From assembly GCA_022360715.1 (NCBI GenBank), contig JAKSCG010000237.1:34232-98231 (forward strand): a stretch of 64,000 nucleotides of DNA. The letters run 5' to 3'. The notes under the pieces were generated by a model. It did no database searches. It was not told where the DNA came from and saw only the letters and a list, made by a program, of their open reading frames with translations. Below are positions 54,501 through 63,821 of the stretch, piece after piece. The stretch is from Halanaerobiales bacterium. Its GTDB lineage: Bacteria > Bacillota > Halanaerobiia > Halanaerobiales > DTU029. Position numbers and translations under genes: made by a program. Positions within the stretch are counted from its first letter, which is position 1, and every line of letters begins with the position of its first letter.

Positions 54501-55436
54501 TTATTTTCGTTTAATAACTTCTCGGACAGCCTTAGCTATATCGCGCGCTGTCATTCCGTACTTTTCCATCAAAAATTCCTTAGTTCCGACCTCTCCAAAA
54601 TGATCTTTAACTCCGATTCTTTTCATTGGAACCGGATCGTTTTCAACTAGTATTTCGGCAACAGCGCTTCCTAAACCATTGATAATATTATGGTTTTCAG
54701 CGGTAACAATAGCCCCGGTTTCCCGGGCCGCCTTCCGTACTGCTTCCTGATCAATCGGTTTTATTGTATGCATATTTACTAAGCGAACCTTTATTCCCTC
54801 TTCTTTTAATTCCGCGGTGGCTTCCAGCGAATTTCTAACCATCAGCCCGCTGGCAAATATTGTAGCATCACTTCCCTCGACCAGTGTGGATGCCATACCT
54901 AATTTAAACGCAATATCCTCATTAATCACATTCTCGGAATATTTTCTGATCATCCGGAGATAGACCGGCCCTTTATGCTCCAGGATCTGGGGCAAAGCCT
55001 TTTTAAGTTGATTACCGTCTACCGGCTCATAGATCACCATCTCCGGAATATTTCTCATAATGCCAACATCTTCGAAGCTCATATGGGTGCCTCCATTTAA
55101 TTCGGCCGATACTCCCGGATCACTTCCCATCATCTTAACATTGAGATCGGAATAAGCAATTGAGATAAAAATTTGATCAAAACACCTTCTGGTGGCAAAG
55201 GGAGTAAAGGTATGGGTAAAAGGAATCTTCCCCATAGCCGATAATCCGGCGGCAACTCCGATCATATTAGCCTCGGCCACTCCCACATTAATCAAGCGAT
55301 CCGGGAATCTGTTCTTAAAAGAAACAGTTTTGGCGGCAGTCATCAGGTCTGCTTCCAGCAGGATAATCCGTTCATCTTTTTCCGCCAGTTCAATCAAACC
55401 TTCTACGTAGATATCTCTTACTTCTTGCCCACTCAT
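54501..55436 (-). CDS. Transketolase, C-terminal (pyrimidine-binding) subunit
   Basis: 311 aa. ...FPDRLINVGVAEANMIGVAAGLS... and FASGLMV... motifs. 4-nt overlap with the N-terminal subunit gene. Confidence 0.85.
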   Translation of the reverse strand: MSGQEVRDIYVEGLIELAEKDERIILLEADLMTAAKTVSFKNRFPDRLINVGVAEANMIGVAAGLSAMGKIPFTHTFTPFATRRCFDQIFISIAYSDLNVKMMGSDPGVSAELNGGTHMSFEDVGIMRNIPEMVIYEPVDGNQLKKALPQILEHKGPVYLRMIRKYSENVINEDIAFKLGMASTLVEGSDATIFASGLMVRNSLEATAELKEEGIKVRLVNMHTIKPIDQEAVRKAARETGAIVTAENHNIINGLGSAVAEILVENDPVPMKRIGVKDHFGEVGTKEFLMEKYGMTARDIAKAVREVIKRK

Positions 55437-56272
55437 TCCCCTTCCTCCTCTACTGAATCTAATCTCTCAATCGCCTTTTTCCACTGTCCTTCGCTTACCG
55501 GCATATTATGGGAGGCCAGTTTACCCTCAGCAAAATAAGCCCCTTTACCCTTAATTGTCTTTAAGATGATCATCGAAGGTTTGCTTTTTTCCGTTTGCGC
55601 TTTTTTAATGGCAGCCAGAATCTGCTCAAGATCATGACCATCAATCAGTTGAACCGACCAGCCAAAAGCTCGCCATTTTTGATCAAGCGGTTCCAGTCCG
55701 TTTACATCCTGAGTATAACCGTCAATCTGCATTTGATTATAATCAACAAAGGCGATTAAATGATCCAGCCGGCGATTAGCAGCCAACATAGCCGCTTCCC
55801 AGATCTGCCCTTCCTGGCTTTCCCCGTCTCCGATCACTGTATAGATGTTACAAGGAAGTGAATCCAATTGAGCGGCGATCGCCATTCCGACAGCTGCTGA
55901 TAGGCCCTGGCCGAGCGAACCGGCCGTCATATCGATCCCTGTTGTCAGTTTCATATCACAATGGCTGGGCAGACTGGTATTCCCCCGGTTTAAGGTCTCC
56001 AGTTCATCTACCGCAAAATAACCTTTGAGGGCTAAGGTAGCATATAGTGCCGGACCCCCGTGTCCTTTGGACAGGATAAATCTATCTCTATTTTCTAGCC
56101 CCGGTTTGGCCGGATCAATATTCATTACCGCAAAATATAACACTGAGAGAAGATCGGCAATTGACAGTGAACCCCCGACGTGACCGACCCCCAATTGGCC
56201 GATCATTTTAAGCGTCAGTTTGCGGATCTCTCTGGCTTTTTCTTTTAAATACTTAATCTGCTCTTCGCTCAT
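55433..56272 (-). CDS. Transketolase, N-terminal (TPP-binding) subunit
   Basis: 279 aa. GHVGGSLSIADLL, SKGHGGPALYA and the TPP motif GDGESQEGQIWEA...NQMQIDG. Confidence 0.85.
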   Translation of the reverse strand: MSEEQIKYLKEKAREIRKLTLKMIGQLGVGHVGGSLSIADLLSVLYFAVMNIDPAKPGLENRDRFILSKGHGGPALYATLALKGYFAVDELETLNRGNTSLPSHCDMKLTTGIDMTAGSLGQGLSAAVGMAIAAQLDSLPCNIYTVIGDGESQEGQIWEAAMLAANRRLDHLIAFVDYNQMQIDGYTQDVNGLEPLDQKWRAFGWSVQLIDGHDLEQILAAIKKAQTEKSKPSMIILKTIKGKGAYFAEGKLASHNMPVSEGQWKKAIERLDSVEEEGE

Positions 56273-56295
56273 CTTTACCCCCTAGCGATTATTTT

Positions 56296-57765
56296 TTAAT
56301 ATAGTTGCATGACCCTACCGATCAAATAAATCGAGCCTGATACAATAACGGTGGCAATGATCGTCTGGATTAAGCCGATTTTGGCCATATCGGCAATTGA
56401 AAAATACCCGGCTGAATATGGGATTACATTGGTTGGTGTACTGGTTACCAGGATAAAGGCCAGTGATGCCGTTAGTGCTGCCGGCAGGGTGATCGTAAGT
56501 GGAGCCAGCCCTAAACCCTGGGCCAGCGCAATCACAATTGGGATCACAATCGTACCGGTAACAGTATTACTGGCCAATAAAACCTTGAGCAACATTACAA
56601 CAATCACAACGATAAAAACTTGCCAAAATGGACTAAACCCTCCGATTCCACCCAGCAGCTTCAGCGAAAGCCATTTGGCTGCCCCGCTATTATACAACAT
56701 CATCCCAACCGAAATGCCCGATAAAACCAGGATGATCCCGCTCCAGGAAATTTCAGGCTGAATTTCGGACCAGCGGATCTTGCTCATTCCCGGAAAGAAA
56801 AACAGGGCTGTCGTCAGGATTACCGGCATTGATATTGGAATTGATATTCCGACAATTGATCCGATTAACGGACTGATTAACCATAGGACAATCGTTAAAA
56901 GAAAAACGACTAAGGTTATTATCTCTTCCCGGTTCATGGCCGGAAGACCTCGATATTCATTAATGAGTTCTTCTTTTGTTTTGGACAAATATTTTATTTC
57001 CGGTTTAAAAAACAACAAAAGGAGTCCCCAGGTTGGCAAAATCAATAATATTGCTGCCGGCACCCCATAGGTCATCCAACCGAGAAAAGTCATTTCTATC
57101 CCCACCATATCCCGCAAAAAACCGATAGCCAGGGGATTAGCCCCACAGCCAGCCGGAGTTGCGATTCCGCCGATAATCGGCCCCCAGGCACAGGAGATCA
57201 TTAAGGCCTTGCCAAAATTACTTTTTAAAGGAATTACCCCTTCCTCCTCCAGGATCCCTTTTGCCAGCGGCATCAAAATAGCCGCTACTGCCATATCGGT
57301 CACCCACATTGACAGGAAAACACCGCCCAGCAGAAAGCCGAGAATAATTAGCCCGGTATCGTTGCCCGTCCTGGCGACAATAAACATGGCAATTCGCTTC
57401 CCTAAGCCGGAATAGGTAATATAAGCAGACAGGATTAAAACACCGATAAAGAAAATAACGATCTGGTTACCAAAGCCCACTTTAACAATCTCGGTAAAAC
57501 TATCAACTTGAAAAATAGCCATAAAAAAAACACCGAGTAGTCCGGTAATATGGAAGGGAATAGCTTCCGTCATCCATAAAACAAGACAAAAGATTAATAC
57601 GCCGATTGAAGTCTGACCAGTTCGGCTCAGGGTAACCTCTCCGCTGGTGACCAATGACTCCGGTAATTGAAGATTTATTATCAATAAGGCCATTGTTATG
57701 GCAATCAATAAAGCCATCGTATCCCGTTTATTTTTTCGTCTTTGATTACTGTTCAATTTATCCAC
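56296..57765 (-). CDS. DASS/SLC13-type anion (di/tricarboxylate or sulfate) transporter
   Basis: 489 aa polytopic protein. The N-terminal segment ...LVLWMTEAIPFHITGLLG is typical of DASS/ArsB-NhaD-superfamily permeases. Start codon uncertain (GTG 57765 abuts its SD). Confidence 0.65.
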   Translation of the reverse strand: MDKLNSNQRRKNKRDTMALLIAITMALLIINLQLPESLVTSGEVTLSRTGQTSIGVLIFCLVLWMTEAIPFHITGLLGVFFMAIFQVDSFTEIVKVGFGNQIVIFFIGVLILSAYITYSGLGKRIAMFIVARTGNDTGLIILGFLLGGVFLSMWVTDMAVAAILMPLAKGILEEEGVIPLKSNFGKALMISCAWGPIIGGIATPAGCGANPLAIGFLRDMVGIEMTFLGWMTYGVPAAILLILPTWGLLLLFFKPEIKYLSKTKEELINEYRGLPAMNREEIITLVVFLLTIVLWLISPLIGSIVGISIPISMPVILTTALFFFPGMSKIRWSEIQPEISWSGIILVLSGISVGMMLYNSGAAKWLSLKLLGGIGGFSPFWQVFIVVIVVMLLKVLLASNTVTGTIVIPIVIALAQGLGLAPLTITLPAALTASLAFILVTSTPTNVIPYSAGYFSIADMAKIGLIQTIIATVIVSGSIYLIGRVMQLY

Positions 57766-57811
57766 CCCTATTGCCGGTGCTAGCCGGCTCCTACTATCTT
57801 GTTGGCTATTT

Positions 57812-58690
57812 TTACAATAACTGATGGAGTAGTCTTCCTACCTCGCTGGGTCGCTCAGCTACCAAGGCCCCTGCTTCGGTCAGCGCGATAATTTTATCTT
57901 CGACTGAGCCCTTCCCCCCGGTAATAATCGCCCCGGCATGACCCATTCTTTGCCCCGGTGGGGCTGTTCTTCCGGCCAGAAAAGCCACCAGTGGTTTGTT
58001 ATATATTTGAGCCTTAATAGCCCCGGCAACCTCTTCTTCCATTGTTCCGCCGAGTTCGCCAATAATCACTACTGCCTCGGTTTCTTGATCCCTTTGATAG
58101 TAAGGGAGCATCTCTGCAAACCTGGTACCCGGTACCGGATCACCACCAATCCCAATCAGAGTAGAGATACCCAGACCGGCTTTAACCACCATAGCCGTCA
58201 CTTCATTGGTCAGTGAACCACTTCTGGTCATTACGCCGATCCGCCCCGGCTTATAAACCCGTTCCAGCCAGTACGGGAAAAATCCCATCATCGCCTTCCC
58301 CGGTGAGATAACACCTGAGGTATTCCCCCCAATCACCAAAGCTCCGGCTGCTTTAGCCGCTTGTCTAATCTGAATAGCATCATGGAGTGGAATCCCGTCA
58401 GCTACAGTTACAATCTTCTTAATCCCCGCATCAAGCGCTTCCCAAACAGCATCTTTAGTAAAGCGGGGAGGAACAAATAACAAGGCGGCATCAAAATCAA
58501 ATCTTTCTGCTGCCCTGCGGAGCGAATGAAAGACCGGAATACCTTCCACTTGCTGACCTTCTTTGCCGGGGGTTACCCCGGCGACAATCTTCGTTCCCAT
58601 TTCTTTCATATGTTTTGTCCAGTAACTGCCTTCTTGACCGGTAATCCCTTGAATAATTACTTTGGTCTTTTGATCGATAAAAATACTCAT
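57812..58690 (-). CDS. Succinyl-CoA-synthetase-like acid-CoA ligase, alpha subunit
   Basis: KVIIQGITGQEGSYWTKHM...VAGVTPGKEG (CoA-binding) and the phosphohistidine loop RMGHAGAIITGGKGS. Confidence 0.8.
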   Translation of the reverse strand: MSIFIDQKTKVIIQGITGQEGSYWTKHMKEMGTKIVAGVTPGKEGQQVEGIPVFHSLRRAAERFDFDAALLFVPPRFTKDAVWEALDAGIKKIVTVADGIPLHDAIQIRQAAKAAGALVIGGNTSGVISPGKAMMGFFPYWLERVYKPGRIGVMTRSGSLTNEVTAMVVKAGLGISTLIGIGGDPVPGTRFAEMLPYYQRDQETEAVVIIGELGGTMEEEVAGAIKAQIYNKPLVAFLAGRTAPPGQRMGHAGAIITGGKGSVEDKIIALTEAGALVAERPSEVGRLLHQLL

Positions 58691-59814
58691 CCGTAATCCC
58701 TCCTTGCTACTAATTCCACAGCCTTCCGGACCGCCTCTTCCGTATCAAATAAACATTCCAGGCCCTCTTCTTGCAGGATTTTTAGGGCTTGATCCTCATT
58801 AGTGCCTCTGATACAGGTGACAATCGGCCGATCCGGTTTTAGCTTTCGGATTGCTTTAACAACCCCTTCCGCCATCACATCTGCCCGGGCGATGGTTCCA
58901 AAGGTTACAATTAAAATAACCTTTGAGGGGCTCTTTAAACACAATTCCATTGCTTTAACGGCTTTTTGATAGTTAGGTCCACCAAATTCCAGGTAGTTAG
59001 CTACTGTCCCCCCTTGATAATTAATCAAATCATAGACAGTTGTCGTCAAACCTGCCCCCGCACACATCAGTCCAATATCTCCAGTAAACTGGATATAGGG
59101 AATACCAGCCTGGGCCGCTTCGTATTCAGCATCACTGACATAATATTCCCGGGTTTTTTTGTATCCGGTCTGGCGAAAGCTCGAATTACCGTCGATAATT
59201 AACTTGCCGTCCCCGGCTACAAGAGTATCATCTTTAGTATAAAATAAGGGGTTTATCTCAACCAATTCAGCATCATATTGGCAAAAAATCTGATATAAAC
59301 CGGTAATTATTGCTGCCGCTTGTTTGGCGACAGCACCCTGCAGGCCGAGACGGTAAGCAAGATCTCTGGCCTGGAAGGGCATTAAGCCGATATTGAGATC
59401 GACTTCTTCCTTAATTATTTTTTCCGGTGCGTCCGCCGCCAGTGTCTCAATATCAACACCGCCTTCCGAACAGGCGATCAATATTACTCTGGCTTTAAAC
59501 GGATCAACCGTTACCGCCAGATAGAGCTCGCGCTCAATCTGCACTGCCTGTTCAACTAATATTTTCCTGACATTATCCGGGGATACCAATAAATCCTCGA
59601 CTTTTTTAGTGGCTTCGGCCGCTGATGAGGCAAATTGAATCAGACCGGCTTTACCCCGGCCACCTCTGAGCACCTGCGCCTTTAAGACACAGGGAAAGCC
59701 AATTTTAGGTAAAACGGCAGCTAGTTCAGCCCTATTCTCAATCACCATCCCGACCGGGGTCGGGATCTGATAACCCGTAAAAACCTCTTTGGCTTGATAT
59801 TCAAACAATTTCAT
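58687..59814 (-). CDS. Succinyl-CoA-synthetase-like acid-CoA ligase, beta (ATP-grasp) subunit
   Basis: MKLFEYQAKEVFTGYQIPTP...VLKAQVLRGGRGKAG is the SucC/MtkA-type N-terminus. 4-nt overlap with the alpha subunit gene. Confidence 0.8.
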   Translation of the reverse strand: MKLFEYQAKEVFTGYQIPTPVGMVIENRAELAAVLPKIGFPCVLKAQVLRGGRGKAGLIQFASSAAEATKKVEDLLVSPDNVRKILVEQAVQIERELYLAVTVDPFKARVILIACSEGGVDIETLAADAPEKIIKEEVDLNIGLMPFQARDLAYRLGLQGAVAKQAAAIITGLYQIFCQYDAELVEINPLFYTKDDTLVAGDGKLIIDGNSSFRQTGYKKTREYYVSDAEYEAAQAGIPYIQFTGDIGLMCAGAGLTTTVYDLINYQGGTVANYLEFGGPNYQKAVKAMELCLKSPSKVILIVTFGTIARADVMAEGVVKAIRKLKPDRPIVTCIRGTNEDQALKILQEEGLECLFDTEEAVRKAVELVARRDYG

Positions 59815-59829
59815 CCTTGCTCCCCCTTA

Positions 59830-61239
59830 CTACCGGATGTCATATTTTTGCCAGAATTGCCCCCAGACCTGCTCATCACCGGGTTTATCCTCTTTAATCG
59901 GTTCAGATAACCAGGTAATATTGAGAAAATGGCGGTAGTTGATATTCTCGGTTGTTATATTGCCGCCCCAGGTCCCACAACCGAGGGTAACTGTAGATGG
60001 CATACCATTAGAGAAGGTTCCGCCATTAGCTGCCGCCTGTGGCTGTCTTACCATAATTCTACTGATTTTCATTTCCTGGCCCAGCCTTTCAATATATTTT
60101 GGGTTAAAGGTATGGATACCACAGGAGTGACCGCTCCCGGCAAAATCGGTTAGCTCCTTCAGCAACTTTAAGCTATCTTCAAAACAGGCGGACTTCCAGA
60201 GGGTTAATACCGGTGAGATTTTTTCCCCCGAAAAACGGTCATTTTCGATCGGGCGACTCCCTTCCACAATCAACATCTTTGTCTGTGCCGGGACAGAAAG
60301 CCCGGCTCCGGCAGCAATTTCACTCGCCGCCCGGGCAATAATCTTGCTATTTAAGGCCAGCTTCCCCTTTTTATTGGGAACCCACATCCACTCGGCCAAT
60401 TTTTCCTTCTCGGCTAAACTACAGAGATAGCCCTGATTCTTTTTTAATTGCTCAAGCACTTGAGCATAGACTTTTTGATCGATAATCAGTGAATTTTCCG
60501 AAGAACAGGAAGTAGCATGGTCAAAGGTTTTACTGGCGGTTACTTTCTTGATTGCATCTTCCAGATCAGCATCTTCAGCAATAATTTGGCAGGAATTACC
60601 CGGACCAACACCATAAGCAGGGGTGCCGCTGGAATAAGCTGCCTTGACCATAGCACTGCCGCCGGTTGCCAACACCAGATCAACCTGTTCCATCAAATGC
60701 TTGGTCTTATCCAGGCTTGGTTCCTCAATAATTTGCAGCAAATCAACGGGAGCCCCTACCCTTACTAGCCCCTCTCGCATCAAATCAACTGCCAACTTGG
60801 AAGCGCGTTTAGCCAGGGGATGGGGAGCGAAGATAATCGCATTTCGACCTTTCAGGATCGAAATAGCATTGCTGGCCGGTGTGGCGGTCGGATTGGTCAC
60901 CGGTGTTAAGACCCCGACAATCCCGACCGGTTTTGCATACTTACTAATTCCGGTCTCTACATTTTTCTCAATTAGTCCGACCGATTTAGCTCCGCAAATA
61001 TCTTTAATCACCCCTAAAACTTTAGCCCGATGCTTTTGCATCTTATCAGTATAATTTCCCATGCCGGTCTCTCGAACGGCAAATTTAGCTAATTGTTCGA
61101 TATTACGCTCATGATACACTTCCCATCCTACCGAAAGACAGAGCTCATCAATTTCCTCCTGTTGATATTCGGCGATTTGTTCCTGGGCCTGTCTGGCTTT
61201 GCCAACTATCTGCTTAATCAGCTCTTTACTATCGTCCAC
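59830..61239 (-). CDS. CoA-acylating aldehyde dehydrogenase (EutE/PduP/clostridial SucD type)
   Basis: GTG start with GGGAGGG 8 nt upstream. 469 aa. KTFDHATSCSSENSLII (catalytic Cys context of acylating ALDHs). It lacks the long C-terminus of non-acylating ALDHs. Confidence 0.7.
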   Translation of the reverse strand: MDDSKELIKQIVGKARQAQEQIAEYQQEEIDELCLSVGWEVYHERNIEQLAKFAVRETGMGNYTDKMQKHRAKVLGVIKDICGAKSVGLIEKNVETGISKYAKPVGIVGVLTPVTNPTATPASNAISILKGRNAIIFAPHPLAKRASKLAVDLMREGLVRVGAPVDLLQIIEEPSLDKTKHLMEQVDLVLATGGSAMVKAAYSSGTPAYGVGPGNSCQIIAEDADLEDAIKKVTASKTFDHATSCSSENSLIIDQKVYAQVLEQLKKNQGYLCSLAEKEKLAEWMWVPNKKGKLALNSKIIARAASEIAAGAGLSVPAQTKMLIVEGSRPIENDRFSGEKISPVLTLWKSACFEDSLKLLKELTDFAGSGHSCGIHTFNPKYIERLGQEMKISRIMVRQPQAAANGGTFSNGMPSTVTLGCGTWGGNITTENINYRHFLNITWLSEPIKEDKPGDEQVWGQFWQKYDIR

Positions 61240-61254
61240 CCACTGTTCCCTCCC

Positions 61255-61279
61255 TTTTAATTAATTCTTTTAATTAATT
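61255..61279. promoter_or_regulatory. Tandem TTTTAATTAATT x2 immediately upstream of the aldehyde dehydrogenase SD
   Basis: 61255..61266 and 61268..61279 are identical 12-mers separated by 1 nt. Confidence 0.4.
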
Positions 61280-61386
61280 GATTTTACCTTGCCCTACCAA
61301 TGATAATCCTATGCTCTTGTTTTACTGTTTTAATATAGCGGTTATATCTATTTCTTATTCCGCTTTTCTTTAGCTTTTTTTAATCA

Positions 61387-61398
61387 TTTTAATTAATT
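61387..61398. promoter_or_regulatory. TTTTAATTAATT operator candidate at about +3..+14 of the catabolic-operon promoter
   Basis: The same 12-mer starts 10 nt downstream of the -10 box at 61408..61413. Confidence 0.4.
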
Positions 61399-61407
61399 AG
61401 TTATTTT

Positions 61408-61436
61408 ATAATATAATAACTTTTTTAATTTGTCAA
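61408..61436 (-). promoter_or_regulatory. SigmaA promoter of the aldehyde-DH...isomerase operon
   Basis: The minus strand has TTGACA (61436..61431), a 17-nt spacer and TATTAT (61413..61408). Confidence 0.6.
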
Positions 61437-61463
61437 ATTACTAGTGTGGAAAAGCTGATCAGG

Positions 61464-62675
61464 CTAGCGGAGGTTATGGTAAAAATGGCTAATAGCCAGT
61501 GATATCCCCCCTACATACTCCTTTTTACTGGATAATTTACTGAATTTAATAAATCGATGATAGTTTTTACAGGGATTCAGTTGATTAATTTCTCGCAACA
61601 GCAGTTGATTAAATATTTGATAGGAAAAGATCGGTCCATATAAGATTACCAGTCCCGGGTCGTACATCTGAAAAGCATTGAAAATCCCAATGGCAAGATA
61701 GTATACGGCCTGATTAATAATCTTGGCAACGACATCATCTTTTTCCAACACAGTAAAAACTTTATTGAGGGTTATCCCATCTTGATCCTTTGCACATAGC
61801 TGAGCGAGGGCAGGGGTCTCCCCGGCGGCCAAAGCCTTTTTTGCTTGATTAATAATCGCCTCAGAAGATGCTTCTGCTTCCAGACAACCCCGCTGATTGC
61901 ACCGACAGAGATTCCCGTTTTTCTTGACGATAATGTGGCCAATTTCGGCGGCAATATTATGGGTTCCGTAATAAACTTCCTTATTCAATAAGACAGTCGC
62001 CCCAATCCCCGGACCATTTTTTATAAACAAAATATTGCCATTACTAATCCCGGCTGAAAAATTAAGCTCGGCCCGGGCCAGACAACGCACATTATTATCC
62101 AGCACTACCGGTAATTCCAGGTTTTCCTCCAGAATATCTTTCACCGGTACCGGGTTGCTCCAGAGTCCGTATACTTCTTTACTGATCCCTTTTTTCGGCT
62201 CAACCGGCCCGATAATACCAACACCTACTCCCAGAATATCACCTTTCATAATATTATTTTTCCATAATATTTGCACACATTCCTCGGCCACCATTTTTAA
62301 AAAATCAGTTGCCGGCAAGGAGGGTTGGGTTTTTAATTCCTGTTCACAAATAATATCGCCTTTTAAGTTGGCAATCCCAATCCCGGTATTATCAGGGCCA
62401 ATAATGATCCCGATTACTTTTTTAAAATTATATTCAAGGTCAACCAGGATCTTCTTGCGGCCAACTCTACTATCATTATCGACCAACTGACCTACTTCCT
62501 TAATCAGACCTTCCTCGATCATATCATTGACCAGAATGGTAACCGCAGCAGGGGTTAATTCTACCAATTCGGCAATATCCTTCCGGGAAAGGGGCCCGTT
62601 ATTATTTAAGACTTTTAATATATTGCGCCGATTACTCTGTTTAATACTGGCCATATTCAGGCCCTTTTCCTTCAT
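61464..62675 (-). CDS. ROK-family transcriptional regulator (NagC/XylR-like)
   Basis: N-terminal wHTH (NRRNILKVLNNNGPLSRKDIAELVELTPAAVTILVNDMIEEGLI) followed by a ROK sugar-kinase-like domain with the GHIIV...CRCNQRGCLE zinc motif. Confidence 0.85.
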   Translation of the reverse strand: MKEKGLNMASIKQSNRRNILKVLNNNGPLSRKDIAELVELTPAAVTILVNDMIEEGLIKEVGQLVDNDSRVGRKKILVDLEYNFKKVIGIIIGPDNTGIGIANLKGDIICEQELKTQPSLPATDFLKMVAEECVQILWKNNIMKGDILGVGVGIIGPVEPKKGISKEVYGLWSNPVPVKDILEENLELPVVLDNNVRCLARAELNFSAGISNGNILFIKNGPGIGATVLLNKEVYYGTHNIAAEIGHIIVKKNGNLCRCNQRGCLEAEASSEAIINQAKKALAAGETPALAQLCAKDQDGITLNKVFTVLEKDDVVAKIINQAVYYLAIGIFNAFQMYDPGLVILYGPIFSYQIFNQLLLREINQLNPCKNYHRFIKFSKLSSKKEYVGGISLAISHFYHNLR

Positions 62676-62727
62676 CCAAAATTCCTCCTAATTGTATCTG
62701 ATCAGAATCATCGTGCTTCCAGTAGGA

Positions 62728-63816
62728 TTAAACATTAAACCGGAAGTGACATACATCACCATCTTTGATCAGATAATCCTTACCCTCTACCCTTAAAAGT
62801 CCCTCTTCTCTGGCTCTAGCTATTGAGCCGGCTTTAGCTAGATCCTCAAAACTGACCACTTCCGCCCGAATAAAACCCCTTTGCATATCGGTGTGGACTT
62901 TACCGGCAGCCAGTAGCGCCGTACTTCCTTTCCTTAAGGTTCGGGCCCTGACTTCCTTTTCCCCGGTGGTAAAGAAAGTAATCAGGTTTAGCAACTGATA
63001 ACCAGCCTGGATCACCAGATCAAGCCCGGATTGCTTGAATCCCAATCCTTCAAGGAATAACTCGGCTTCAGCCGGCTCCAGTTCAGCTATGTCTGCCTCG
63101 ATTTTAGCACTAATAGTTACGACCGGAGCTTCTTCCCGCTTAGCATGTTCCTTAACCTGTCTGAGCATTTCATTTTCTGCTCTCAGATCTGTCTCATCTA
63201 TGTTGGTGATATAAATCGTCGGTTTAGCGGTCAGCAGGTGCATCTCTTTGATTAGTGCTTCTCCCCGTTCACTCAAAGTTATCCGACGAATATTCAGTCC
63301 TTCCTCCAGGATATTTTTAAGCTGTTCCAGTTCCTTTAACTCTTCCCGGGCTTCTTTTTCACAACTCTTAGCCATCTTTTTGGTTTTTTCGATTCTTCTT
63401 TCAGTAGTAGCCAGGTCAGCCAGTAGTAGTTCGGTCTTAATTACTTCAATATCCCGGAGCGGATCAACTGATCCGTCAACATGGTTGACATTTTGATCGG
63501 TAAAACACCTGACTACCTGGGCAACAGCCTCTACTTCACGGATATGGCCCAAAAACTGATTGCCCAACCCTTCCCCTCTACTTGCCCCTTTGACCAGTCC
63601 GGCAATATCTACAAATTCAATTGCGGTCGGAATCTTCTTTTGTGGTCGATAGATCCCGGCCAGGAGATCTAATCTATGATCAGGAATACTGACTATCCCG
63701 ACATTGCGATCAATGGTACAAAAGGGGTAATTCTCTGCGGCGGCACCAGCCCTGGTCAAGGCATTAAAAAGGGTTGACTTTCCGACATTCGGTAAACCTA
63801 CTATCCCAATCTTCAT
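62728..63816 (-). CDS. ychF: Ribosome-binding ATPase YchF
   Basis: ATG 63816 gives the canonical MKIGIVGLPNVGKSTLFNALT (track start is GTG 63825). TGS-like C-terminus ...DGDVCHFRFNV. Confidence 0.95.
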   Translation of the reverse strand: MKIGIVGLPNVGKSTLFNALTRAGAAAENYPFCTIDRNVGIVSIPDHRLDLLAGIYRPQKKIPTAIEFVDIAGLVKGASRGEGLGNQFLGHIREVEAVAQVVRCFTDQNVNHVDGSVDPLRDIEVIKTELLLADLATTERRIEKTKKMAKSCEKEAREELKELEQLKNILEEGLNIRRITLSERGEALIKEMHLLTAKPTIYITNIDETDLRAENEMLRQVKEHAKREEAPVVTISAKIEADIAELEPAEAELFLEGLGFKQSGLDLVIQAGYQLLNLITFFTTGEKEVRARTLRKGSTALLAAGKVHTDMQRGFIRAEVVSFEDLAKAGSIARAREEGLLRVEGKDYLIKDGDVCHFRFNV

Positions 63817-63821
63817 CTCTT

